DNA of 49,181 nt. Source: Chrysochromulina tobinii (lineage: Eukaryota). The DNA is taken from positions 1 through 49,181 of the forward strand of contig JWZX01003254.1 of NCBI GenBank assembly GCA_001275005.1, read 5' to 3'. Below the pieces are notes generated by a model. That model saw nothing but the letters and a program-made list of their open reading frames with translations, did not search any database and was not told the origin of the DNA. The position numbers were made by a program, and so were the translations under genes. Positions 1 through 10,900 of this stretch are shown in pieces (position 1 is the first letter of the stretch; each line of letters begins with the position of its first letter).

Positions 1-184
1 CACCAACCCCCCCCCCCCCCCGCAGAGGAGCCGCACGCCCTCTTTTCCGGAGAGATGCTCTGGCGCTTACCGCTTAGGCGCCGGCACGTGAGCATCAAAC
101 GTCCTTGTCGTCGGTGCGGAGCGTGCCCGAGGGAGTGAATGCTGTGGAGCGCGAGCACGCTGAGCGACGACTATGCGTGTGTCG

Positions 185-2014
185 TCAGTAGCAGAAGGAG
201 ATGCACGAGCAGAGGCCACACGATTGTGGACCCTCCATGATGAGCTCGAGCCACTGATGGTCGATCAAGGCCGCCACGATGCGCTCGTTGAGCTTGTCAT
301 ACCTGCCGTGCAATCGGTGGCAATCAGCCATGGTGTGGTCCATCGAAATCAGCCGCGCCGCCCGGACGGGCGCTCGCGGAGCTTGTCGTACATCTCGCGC
401 ATCCTCTGATCGTCGGCGCTCGGCGTGGGCGAGAAGACCCCGGTGCCTTTTCTCTTTTGCTCCACGAGGGAGGGCCCGATCGTGCACAATGAGATGAGAG
501 GCCGCCACAGGTTGAGGACGTAGTCGAGGCGGCAGCGCTCGATCGTGTAGTCCTTCACGCCCTCGGCCACGAGCGTTGTGTGGTAGTGCGTCACCATGGC
601 TTCCTCCTGCGCACGTCGGTCGGCTACTTGGAGCGAATTGACCACATAGAAGGCTACGTCGCACATCCCCTGCAAGCATCCCAGGGGGAGGAGAGATCAT
701 GGGAGGAGAGTGTGGAATAGAGGGTGGAGGGGAGGGGGAGGGGAGGGGGAAGGAGAGGGGTGAGGGGAGGGCGAGGGAGGGAGGGAGGTGAGCCTCACCT
801 GCGAGAACATCATGTTACCAAAGTCGACGAAGCAGACGCCGCCCGGGAAGCGCTCGTGGAAGAAGACGTTCTCGATGTGCGCATCGCCATGCGCCATGGT
901 GAGCGGCGGCTTGAAGAGCTGCTGGATGATGTACCGATGGCGGCGCCGGAGCTTGGGCATCCATTCGACTATGGGCGCGTACACGTCACCGTAGACTTTT
1001 CCGAGTGCTTGCATGCCTACCTTGGTGTTGTGCACAAACCCATTGAGCACAAGGCCTCCAAAATCTTGAGCGGGATGGAGTAGCCAGTCGAGGGGCGGTT
1101 TCTTTGGATGTCCCCACCAGCGCGCATGAAGGCGCGCCATGCCGGCGACCACCTACAGGCACGGCGCTCGCGGCCTAGGTTAGGGTTGGGATTCGGGTTC
1201 GGGGTTGGGATGGGACTTGGACTCAGGTTGGGACGATGCTTACTTGCAGGTTGCGCTCGGCGTCCGAGCAGCCGAGCGCGCGCGAGTAGCTCTCCGCCGG
1301 AAAGCAACTCTCGAGCAGCGTGCAAAACGTCGGCTTGCTGCGCGCCTTGTCGTAGAGGCACAGGTAGCACTCGGGCCGCACCTGCCGTGTGATGGGCCAC
1401 CATCGGAGCCAATCGGTGAGCACTCAGCAGACCACCGGGGCAGGCAGGGGCGGCACTCTGCACTCGGTTGAGCGCACAATTCCACTCGCTTTCATGCTGA
1501 AGTCGTTGTAAAAGTGACTCTCGGCCTTGAAGATGGCGCGCACCACGAAGCTTGGGAGCGGCGCCTTACCTGGCGGCGAGAACTTGGCGACCATGCTCGT
1601 CGGCGCGCTCGTCTCGCCATTGTATGTGATGCCGAGGAGAGCAATGACGCCCATCACGCCGCCGCTGAGCAGCCTATAGCTCACGTCGCTCACTTTGACG
1701 GTCTCAGAGAGCAGGCCGCGGTAGCGCAGCGCCGTGGTCAACCAGCCGGGCGTCACGTCCTCGGGTACGCGCGGGCAGCGAAAGGGCACTTTCGCACCGA
1801 GTTTGATGTAATTTGCTGGGTGCACGGTGGCCACGCCAGCGGCGAGGTCGGCCTCGCCTGCCTCATCGGCCCCCACCTTGACATCGGCCTCCTTTACCAA
1901 GCTTGGTAGAGGTTTCGTGCTCGTGGATGTCTCCAAATTCTCCGGCGTCGAAATGTCGGCGACGGCCTGCGGCGCACCGTCCACGACTTTCTTGCTGCTG
2001 AATAGCTCCATCAT
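185..2014 (-). CDS. Ecdysteroid-kinase-like (EcKL)/APH-ChoK family phosphotransferase, 5 exons, about 474 aa
   Basis: Exons 2014-1478, 1381-1244, 1152-799, 669-392 and 302-185 join in frame through GT-AG introns (1425 nt total). Motifs: VTPGWLTTAL, VAKF, ESHFY, MARLHARWW, Brenner motif HGDAHIEN, metal-binding VDFG, GMCDVAFY. Confidence 0.8.
1176..1233 (+). repeat. Degenerate telomere-like (TTAGGG-type) hexamer tract inside an intron
   Basis: taggttagggttgggattcgggttcggggttgggatgggacttggactcaggttggga lies within intron 1153-1243 and gives the PNPNPNP shadow translation. Confidence 0.6.
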
Positions 2015-2280
2015 GCAAAGGTCAATTGCAGGAGGTCCACGGTCGCACTTCAGGGGCCCACGCCCTTAGGAAAGAAAGGATTTAGGTTCGGGGCCGATTT
2101 CAAACTTTGCCCCTTTTGGACTCAAAACGGCGCCGCTAGTGCAACGGATGAAAGCGGGCAAATGGAGGGATGGGGCTAGTTTTTTCCCTCGAAGAAACGC
2201 CATCCATTTTCAAAGGCTCGCCAGTCCTCCCATTTTGCAAGCATTCACACACAGAAAGACTCTTTCCCGAGGTCGGCCAC

Positions 2281-5200
2281 ATGCAGGATGCCGTGATCGC
2301 AGCCAAACTCCGCGCAGCCCTCGGCTTCGACGACGTCGACGATTTGCTTGTCGCCATTCGTGCCATGCCGGTCGATAGTATCGGAGACTACATCTTGACG
2401 ATGCTCGGCGACACACCTGCAGCACGCGAGATTGCGTCGCTAATGGGGTCAAAGGTGCCAGATGCGACGCCGAGTGTTGCCACTGGCGGCGCGGCCGCGG
2501 CCGATTCGGCTTCCAAGGGCTTCTATCGGAAAGAAGATCTCGACGATGACCCGTACGCAGGACTGGGCGGTGGTGGCAAGAAAAAGGGCGGCCGTACGGG
2601 CGGCAGTATGGCATCGTCGTCGTCGACCGTCCCAGCAGCGTCCGCCATCGTGGGCGGTGCTCGCGTCTCGACGACGCCCGCCAAGCCCGCCAAGTCCAAG
2701 GCCAAGGCGGCCACAACGAGCGGTCTCGACGGTCTGCGCAGCGCCCTACGCCCCGGGCGGCACGCATGCTCTTGCAACGCCCGGAGGCACGCGCTGCTGT
2801 ACAACTGCCTCGCGTGCGGCAAGGTGATCTGCGAGCAGGAGGGCGAGGGCCCGTGCCTCTTCTGCGGTAGCGACCCGCACACCACCCTCGACACGGGCGC
2901 CACCGACGAGGCGGCCGTGGCCGCGGCCGCGCGCTTCAAGAACCGTCTTCTCGAATACGATCGGACGTCGGCGAAGCGCACGACCGTGATCGACGACCAG
3001 GAGGACTACTTTTCGCATGCGGCGGCGGACGCGTGGCTGTCGCAGGATGAGAAGGCGGCCGCGCAGGCCGCCCTCGACGCACGCGAGGACGCCAAGGCAG
3101 CCGCGCGCCGCGAGCAGCGCCTGACCTTCGACCTAGGCCGCCTGACCGTTTCCGACGCGCGCAAGGGCGGCTTGCTTGGCCAGTCGATGGAGCTCGAGGT
3201 CGAGAGGATGTGCGACGATGATGGCCCGTGCGCCGCGCCGGAGCGCTCACTCGGTCAGACTGTCACAGTGGCCCCGAGTGGCGGCGGCGGTGGCAGCGGA
3301 GGCGGGGGTGGTGGCGGGGGTGTCGGCGGCGGCGGAGGAGGAGGAGGAGGCGGCGGCGGCGGAGCGGCGGCGGTGCCCTTGCGTCCTCCCGTGCGAGCGG
3401 TCCAGTCGGCCAGCGGCACGGCCGGGGTGGCGGCCGGTGGCATCTCGACGACGCTCGGCGCCGTATCGGGCGGCGGCAAGCTCGCCAACCCATCTCTGGG
3501 TGCGAGCCGTCCCATCTTCAAGAGCTCTGCACAGCGCGGCGCCGAAGAGGACCAACTTGCCAAGGGTGGCAAGCTCGTCAAAGGGGGCCTGGGCGGGAAT
3601 GGCAAGGGGGATCGCGCTGGCGGCGCCGGCGCGGCGGCGGCGGCGGTGGGAGAGGAGGAGATGACCCAGGGCTTGCAGTACTCCGTGTGCCGGGTGCAGC
3701 ATGACAATCCATGGCTTGAAGCCATGCTCGCCGAGGTCGAACTAGGGCAGGTGCAGCCGCAGCCGGGCGGCGCTGCCGTCCGCGATGGAGACGGGTATCT
3801 CGAGCAGCTGGCCGAGCGAAGCCAGGACGAGAGGCGCCGTGCCGAGCTCAGCGGGGACAGCGCGGCAGCGGTTCCCACCGGCGCCGCCGGCAGCCCTGGC
3901 GCCACGGGCAAAGGCGACGCGGCAGAGGAGGCCGCTGCGGCCGCCGAGGCGGAGGTGGAAGCGCGCGGCTCGCCGATGTGCCTCTCGATGCACCAGCCAT
4001 GGGCCTCGCTCCTCGTGGCGGGCATCAAGCGCGTCGAAGGGCGCAGTTGGCCCACGGAGCACCGAGGCCGGCTGTGGATTGCGTCCACTGCAAAGGAGCC
4101 CTCTTCCTTGGAGGTGGCGCAGGTGCGATCTCCCTTGATTGCCCTTGGTTGCATTGATTGCCCTTGAGCCCTCTTCCGTGGAGGTGGCGCAGGTGGAACA
4201 GACGTACGCATCGCGCTTCTCGGCGGTGCATGCATCGTCGGGAGGCGCCCGATACGACGCGGTCATGGCGATGCAGCAGCAGGTGCACACGTTCCCAGCG
4301 TTCCCGACGAGCTACCCTACTTCGGCGCTGCTCGGCTGCGTCACCATCACCGACTGCCTCACCAACGAAGAGTACGTCACTCGGTTCCCCGATGCCGAGG
4401 AGAATGAGTCGGCCTACGTCTTCATCGCCACCCGACCTCGAACGCTCAGAGTGCCCCAGCGCATCTCCGGCCAGCACAAGATCTGGCAGCTCGACGCGAA
4501 GCTTGCGCTCGCGGCGGTGCAGGCACTCCGCCCGGTCAGTTCTACCTGGGACGCAAAGCCCACAGGCCCCTCCCAGCCCTCCCAGGCCTCCCAGGCCTCC
4601 CAGGCCTCCCAGGCCTCCCAGGCCGCCCCCTCGCCCGTGGCGAGAGGCGGTCCGCCCGGGCTGCGCGCGACGGCAGCGCCTTTCATGCCGCCGGGTTTGA
4701 GCACTACCTCGGCGACGGCGGCGGCACGGGCAGCCGCGGCAAAGGCCACGGACGCGCCCATCACAGCGCCAACGCGGCTCGACCTCTACGGTGGCGCTGT
4801 GATGGGCGACGCTCCGCACGCGACGCGGGCGCCGGCGCCCATCTCTCTGCAGGCCGACCGGCGCCAGCGGCTCCAGGTGCTGCAAGATGGGCTGGTTCTC
4901 CTCCGTGGCGCGCTCTCGCTCGACGTGCAGCAGGCGATCATCGACGAGATCCGCGAGCTCGGTTTGGGGCCGTCCGGCTTCTACACGCCGGAGACCCGAG
5001 GAGGCTCGATGCACCTTCAGATGATGTGCCTCGGCATGCATTGGGACCCGTTGACGAACCAATACTCCACGGTGCGCTCGAATGCGGATGGGCAGCCAGT
5101 GCCGCCGTTGCCGCCGGCGCTGTGGGAGCTCGTGTGCGCCGCGGCCGCGACCGCGAGCGAGGCGTGTCCCTCCATCCCCGACGTGATGCCCGGCGTGTGC

Positions 5201-5545
5201 CTGGCCAACTTCTACACGCACGGAGGGCGGCTCGGCATGCACCAGGACAAGTCCGAGTCCGCCGACTCGCTCAGGCGCGGCGTGCCCGTCGTCTCCGTCT
5301 CGCTGGGGGATGCATGCGAGTTTGGGTACGCGGCCGTGCGCCCCGAGGACACGGACGCGAGCCAGACAGCCCTCGGTGGCGCCGCCAAGGCACGCACGGT
5401 GCGCCTCGAGTCCGGCGACATACTCATCTTCGGCGGGCCTGCACGAATGCTCTTCCACAGCGTCCAAAAGATCTTCCCGAATCACCGTCCTAAGGGGCTC
5501 GTGCTCGCGCCCGGGCGGCTCAATCTGACCTTCCGCGAGCTCTAG
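2281..5545 (+). CDS. TRIP4: TRIP4/ASC-1 (Rqt4) homologue (C2HC5 zinc finger + ASCH domain) fused to a C-terminal AlkB-family 2OG-Fe(II) dioxygenase, 2 exons, about 1064 aa
   Basis: Exons 2281-4122 and 4193-5545, joined by a phase-0 GT-AG intron. Zinc finger CSCNARRH..NCLACGKVICEQEGEGPCLFCG, then LLEYDRTSAKRTTVIDDQEDYF. ASCH: CLSMHQPWASLLVAGIKRVEGRSW..HRGRLWIAS / YPTSALLGCV / GQHKIW. AlkB: CLANFY..LGMHQD, VSVSLG, LESGDILIFGG, FHSV, RLNLTFR. Confidence 0.88.
4571..4623 (+). repeat. 9-bp tandem repeat (tcccaggcc) encoding (SQA)n in the ASCH-AlkB linker
   Basis: About 5-6 copies are visible at 4571-4623. Confidence 0.8.
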
Positions 5546-5944
5546 GGCGTGCGTTACCGATGGAGGTGGAAGGGTGCGGCGTGGACTTTTCCTTTCCGCC
5601 GACTGATTGTTGCCCCGGTCTATCGAGGCGACTGTCTCTCCCGCTCGCAAAACCACCGGCCGGGAACGCCACAGAGAGACGGCTGAGAGAGTCGTGCGGG
5701 GACGGCCCGTGCGTTGGTACGACGGACGATCAAACCGATGTTTTTAATTGTTAACGACCGGACACGCGCTCCCGAGGCCGTTCGCGACCGCGGACCGCGA
5801 CCGGCCCGGTCCCGGCACCCCGCGGCGATGGGGCCATGGGGGTGCCCGCGTCGGCGGCACGACGGAGACCCCGCTCACACCAGGCACACGTAACTATACC
5901 GGCACGGATACCACCGTTGGCCTTGCACATAGCGCTCACAGCGC

Positions 5945-7828
5945 TCATGGGCTGCAGCGGTTGGGGTCGCGCGGGAACATTGACGCCTTGCGGACGTTGT
6001 CGAGGCCGAGGTAGAGAAAGACAAGCCGCTCGAGGCCGATGCCGCCGCCGCCATGCGGCGGCATGCCGTAGCGCATCGAGTCGATGTACGCCTGGAGCGA
6101 TTCGACAGAGGCGCCCTTGGCCTTGATGTTCTCGACGAGCATCTCCGGGTCGTGTATCCGCTGTGCGCCCGAGCAGATCTCCTCACCCCGGAGCAGTACG
6201 TCGTACGAGTTTGTATAGCGCGGGTCGTCGGCGCACGGCATGGTGTAAAAGGGGCGCACCCCTCTCGGGTAGCGGTCGACAAAGACGAGGTCCGTGCCGT
6301 ACTTGTCCGCCACCAGCTGCCCGAGAAGGCGCTCCTGCGCGGTGCTCAGGTCTTCGAAACCGGGCGCGCCTACCGGCTTCCCCTCGACGTCAAGGTAGGG
6401 CTGACCATTCGCATCCACGGCCTTCTCGAGCATCTCATTCGCCTCCTCCCAGTGGACGATGCACGGCTCGTTGGTCCAGCGCGGCACCGACGACGGGAAC
6501 TGCGCGCGGATGGCGGCCATCTCGGCCGCGTGGCGCGTTTCGAGCCCGTCGAAGATCGAGGTGAGCATTGCATGCAGCACGCCGATGACCTCGTTGTAAT
6601 GAAGGTTGATGGCTATCTCGATATCGAGGCCGACAAACTCGCACAGGTGGCGGCGCGTGTTCGACTTCTCAGCGCGGAAGACGGGCCCGATTTCGAACAC
6701 ACGCTCGAGGTCCGCCGCGATGGCCATCTGCTTGTACAACTGCGGCGACTGCGCGAGGCAGGCTGTGCGCCCGAAATAGTCCGTGGTGAAGACGCCCGAC
6801 CCTCCCTCGGATTCGCCCGCGATGATCTTGGGCGTGTGGATCTCGGTGAAGCCCTGCTTGAGCAACGCCTCGCGAAAGAGCGTGCACACGTGCGACTGCG
6901 CGCGCATGATCGCGTGCTGCGCCGGCACGCGAAGGTCGATCCAGCGAGAGTTGAGGCGCTGTTCCTGCCCGACGCGCACGAAGGGGCGTTCGCCTTTCTC
7001 GGACTCGACGATCTCGGCCTCAGAGCGGCCCGCGTCCAAGAGTTGGAAGGGCAGCTTGGGCAGCGACGCCGAGATGAGCACCGCCTCAATGATCTGGAGC
7101 TCGACGTTGGCTTGCGAGCAGCTGCGCACGTCCGCTTGCACGAGCTTGCCGCGGATGTCGAGCACCGACTCTTCGGTCAGAGCGCCGAGCGCCGAGATCA
7201 TCTCCTTGGACTGGCGAGGCGTCGCCTTGTCCTTGAAGAAGACCGCCTGCACCGTGTACTGCCCCGCCGCGCGCAGCACCAGGAAGCAGTTGCTCGCGCC
7301 AGCGCGCAGCCGAGAGACGCGCCCACGCACCCACACTTCCTGTCCGCTAGCTACGCCGTCCGGCGTGCCGAGCGAGCGGATGGGACAGTAGACGCGCTGC
7401 TGCTCCTCGGGCGTCGCCGAGCTCATGAGCACGCCCACGTCCCGGAACCCGTATGGCGCTGGTGGCTCCTCCTCCTCCTCCTCCGTTTCGCTCTGCTCAG
7501 CAGCCCCTGCCTCTTCCGCAGAAACCCTCTCCGCCGCCTTCTGCGCCTTCTTTTGCGCTGTGGCCGCGGCCTTGGCGAGCTTCTTGAGAGCATTCTTGCT
7601 CAGAGGCTGGCCATTCTCGTCCACGGGCACGCCGTCAACGACGGCCGTACCGGCCGGCGCCTCTGTGCACATCATCCTCGCGCCGAGCAGATGACGTTGG
7701 ACGTGCACCGCACCGCAAAGCGCGTTCCTTCGAAGCGGAAGGGATCGCGGCAGTGCATGGCCAGACAGTCGCAACGCCCGCGCGCTCACGCCGAGCATGG
7801 CGACCGTCGCGAGCCACGAAGTGCGCAT
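5945..7828 (-). CDS. DARS1: Aspartyl-tRNA synthetase, eukaryotic cytosolic type, with N-terminal targeting presequence
   Basis: OB-fold VWVRGRV..FLVLR, RLNSRWIDLR, EIHTPK, LAQSPQLYKQM, VFEIGPVFRAE, RPFYTM, GEEICSGAQRIH, PPHGGGGIGLERL, FPRDP; eukaryotic LSKNALKK helix. First ATG at 7828; intronless. Confidence 0.95.
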   Translation of the reverse strand: MRTSWLATVAMLGVSARALRLSGHALPRSLPLRRNALCGAVHVQRHLLGARMMCTEAPAGTAVVDGVPVDENGQPLSKNALKKLAKAAATAQKKAQKAAERVSAEEAGAAEQSETEEEEEEPPAPYGFRDVGVLMSSATPEEQQRVYCPIRSLGTPDGVASGQEVWVRGRVSRLRAGASNCFLVLRAAGQYTVQAVFFKDKATPRQSKEMISALGALTEESVLDIRGKLVQADVRSCSQANVELQIIEAVLISASLPKLPFQLLDAGRSEAEIVESEKGERPFVRVGQEQRLNSRWIDLRVPAQHAIMRAQSHVCTLFREALLKQGFTEIHTPKIIAGESEGGSGVFTTDYFGRTACLAQSPQLYKQMAIAADLERVFEIGPVFRAEKSNTRRHLCEFVGLDIEIAINLHYNEVIGVLHAMLTSIFDGLETRHAAEMAAIRAQFPSSVPRWTNEPCIVHWEEANEMLEKAVDANGQPYLDVEGKPVGAPGFEDLSTAQERLLGQLVADKYGTDLVFVDRYPRGVRPFYTMPCADDPRYTNSYDVLLRGEEICSGAQRIHDPEMLVENIKAKGASVESLQAYIDSMRYGMPPHGGGGIGLERLVFLYLGLDNVRKASMFPRDPNRCSP

Positions 7829-7953
7829 GCACAGGTCCTTCGAGAGCAAATCTCGTCGAAGTTTGTGTGAAAAATCAGCATCAATCTAGAAGCGGTGACC
7901 TCTCAAGTATGGCCTTCTTCGCATAGCAAATTACCAAATTAGGATACAGAAGA

Positions 7954-10900
7954 ATGCCGCGGGAAACCTCGGCGATGTCCGACGCAGCAGCAGATGTGGA
8001 GTCCGACATGGCCGTGTCCGCAAAGAAACCGCGTGCTCGACGCCGTCGCATTTCATCACTACCGCCGCTGCAGCTTTGCGACTTTCCAGTGGGTTGCCAG
8101 GTCCTGACGCCCCGTCAGAACCTCGACGACGGTCGCCATGTGAGCTATTTCACGGTCCTGTCGCACAAGGGTGGCAAGCTCCAAGTGGACATCCCTGGCG
8201 AGCAGCCGTTCCTTCTATCATTGGACTACTTGCGTCGCACCAGTGAGAAGCACGGCGAGCCCATGCGCAAGGGGCAGCCCGCGCTTCCAGCGAGCCAGCC
8301 TTACGATCAGTCGACGACAACGGCCGGCCATCCCTCGGCGTCAGCCCTCGCTCCTGCTTTTGACGCTTCTGCTACTACTGGTGATTCCAAGACACTCGCG
8401 CGCGACACGTTGCACCACCGAGGACGCTGGCGGCTCGAGCCGGGACTCACGCTCGATGACGACTCGTCTGATGAGGACGATGGCCTTCCACTTCACACGC
8501 CGAGTCTCAATGGCGGCGCGGTATCTTCTAGCGCCATGCACCTCGACGAATTCAGTGCGCTCAACGGGACTGGCGGCCTGGAGCCACAGCAACACTACAC
8601 GCCACACCCTTCACTGGCGCCGTTGCTGCCAGCAGCGCCGCTGCCCGCCACCGGTATCGAGCCCACCGTCGCCATGTGCAGCAGCCGGTACGAGCGAATC
8701 CAGGCCGCCGTAATGGGCACCCTCAAGGCCGAGAAGGCCGCCGAAATGGGCACCCTCAAGGCCAAGAAGGGCGCCAAAGGCAACTCGTCCGGCGGCAACC
8801 GCGTCGTCATCACCCAGAGCGGCGCCGGTGCCCATCACGGCGCGAGCTCCCTCTTCTCGCCCTCCGGTTCGATCGGCTCCTCGGGCGCGTCCGGCGTGCC
8901 CGATCGCTCGCCCGTCGGCAGCGGCCCGGCGCCTGTGGGACCTTGGGCGTCGCCATTCTCATACGACGCCCAGGACGGCGCCGGTGCGCCGTATGGGAGC
9001 TCGTCGGTCTTGCCACGCTCATCCTCGCCAGTCGCGTCTCCGCTGCCGCCGGGTATGGGCTCGGGTATGGGCTCGACCTATGATGCGATGGGCCATCCCG
9101 GCGGCTTCCTACGCGCGGCCGCGCGGCACGAGGCGCACGTCGCCGCCCTCCGCGAGCTCCACGCGCGCGAGCGCCGTGACGAGCGCCGTGACGAGCGCCG
9201 TGACGAGCGCCGTGCCGAGCGCGGTGACGAGCGCCATGACGAGCACGAGGCGCACGTCGCCTCCCTCCGCGAGCTCCACTCGCGCGAGCGCCGGGACGAG
9301 CGCCGCGACGAGCGCCGCGTCGAGCGCCGGGACGAGCGCCGCCGGCACGACTGCCGTAAGGAGGAGGAGGAGGAGGGGGAGGAGGAGGAGGAGGAGCCCT
9401 TTGCGTGGACGACGCCACTCATCTTCCGCCCGCCCTCTTTGCCCCTGATGCCGTCGCTATTGCACTCGCCCGTGCCTGTCCCATCGCCCAAGCTGGTACG
9501 ATACGTCGGCCGGTTGGAGGTGCACGCTCATGACAACGCGAATGACGGCATCGCTTCCAAGATTGCCAAGACCCCGTCATCGGCACCAAGCTCGGCAAGC
9601 GCCCATTACAGCGCCACTCCCGACCACAGCGTGACCGAGCATCGGCCGCAGCAAGCGCAGGTCGCCTCCATCAGCAACGGCGCGATCCTGCCCAGGCCTC
9701 GCAGCCAACATGAGGGGGGAAGCCTGGCACCCACCGAGTCACCCACCGCCATGGCTACCCTTGAGCCACCAGGGTCGCCGGTGGCAGCAGGCACGACAGC
9801 GACGGCATCACCCACCTCCTCGACAGCAGCCCTCGGCGTCGCCGCACAACTGCATGCTGCACAGGCCGCGGCCTCGAAGGTGGCCGTGCAGGCCGCCATC
9901 GCAGCCCAGGTGGCCGCCGCGGCGACAGCGGGCCGACCGTTTATCGCCCCCACCGCGGCGGGATCTCTACCGCAGGTCAACCACCTGCTGGCGGGAGCGA
10001 CGACCATCATGATGATCCCGGGTGTCGGATTGGTGATGCACGCTCCTGCGCCGGCTGGCATGACGTTGGCCATCGGCGAGACTACGGCAGACGCCGAGGT
10101 GACGGCGGTTGCGCAGAGTACAACGCTCATGGACCCGATGGCGATCGCGCATGCTGCCGCGGCGGCGGCGTATCATCAGCAGCAGATGCAGCTTCAGATG
10201 GCGCTCAAGCGCCAGGCCAAAGCGCTCGAGAAAGAGGCCAAGGCAACCAAGCGGGCCGCCGAGCGTGCAGAGCGCGATCAAGCCAACTCGGCCAAGAAGG
10301 TGGAGAAGGAGGAGAAGAAGGCGAAGCGCGAGGCGGAGCGCGCGATCAAGGCGGAGCTGATGAAGATGCCCAGGAAGCCGCACTCGAGTTACCTCTACTT
10401 CTGCGACGAGACGCGCGAAGCGCTCAGGGCAGCGCACCCGGACACATCGGTCCCAGACCTGGCGAAGCTGCAGGGAGCAGCGTGGAAGGCGCTGGATGAG
10501 AGCGAGAAGCAGGTGTACATGGACAAGGCGGCGGAAGACTTGGAGCGGTACACGGCCGAGATGGAGGCGGGTAACTGGTATGAGGGCGAGAAGGAGCTCA
10601 AGCGCCAGGAGGAGGAGCGCCGCATTGCCGCCGGAGAGGAACCCCCAAGCAAGGCACGTGCCGAGCCAGCCGCGCGCACACGCGCCCGCCGCCGCCGCCG
10701 CCGCCGCCGCGGCTGCATCCAAAGGACGAATGAACGACTTTAACCCAGCTCAATCCTACTGTCCGCCTCGCGCTGGCCTGACGAAAACTGTTCTTAAACT
10801 GGCTGATGGATGTGGCCGCGGCGACGGCTGCTTGGTCCGCTGCTGCTGCCAGCCCTCCTATGGCCACCTCGTGGCGCCTCGTTGCTGCTGCCATAGCACG

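Noticed and set aside
4139..5545. AlkB ORF as an independent gene
   Set aside because: Its listed start is a non-ATG codon inside the intron, and its first ~100 residues complete the ASCH domain begun upstream.
6053..7870. Long antisense ORFs (e.g. 6053-7870 +, 4025-5656 -, 21057-23519 -, 31444-32871 +)
   Set aside because: Shadow frames opposite real GC-rich genes; Arg/Ala-rich with no recognisable domains.
9127..9345. Regular repeats here and at 45952-46113 as possible CRISPR arrays
   Set aside because: In-frame coding tandem repeats with no unique spacers and no cas genes; eukaryotic context.
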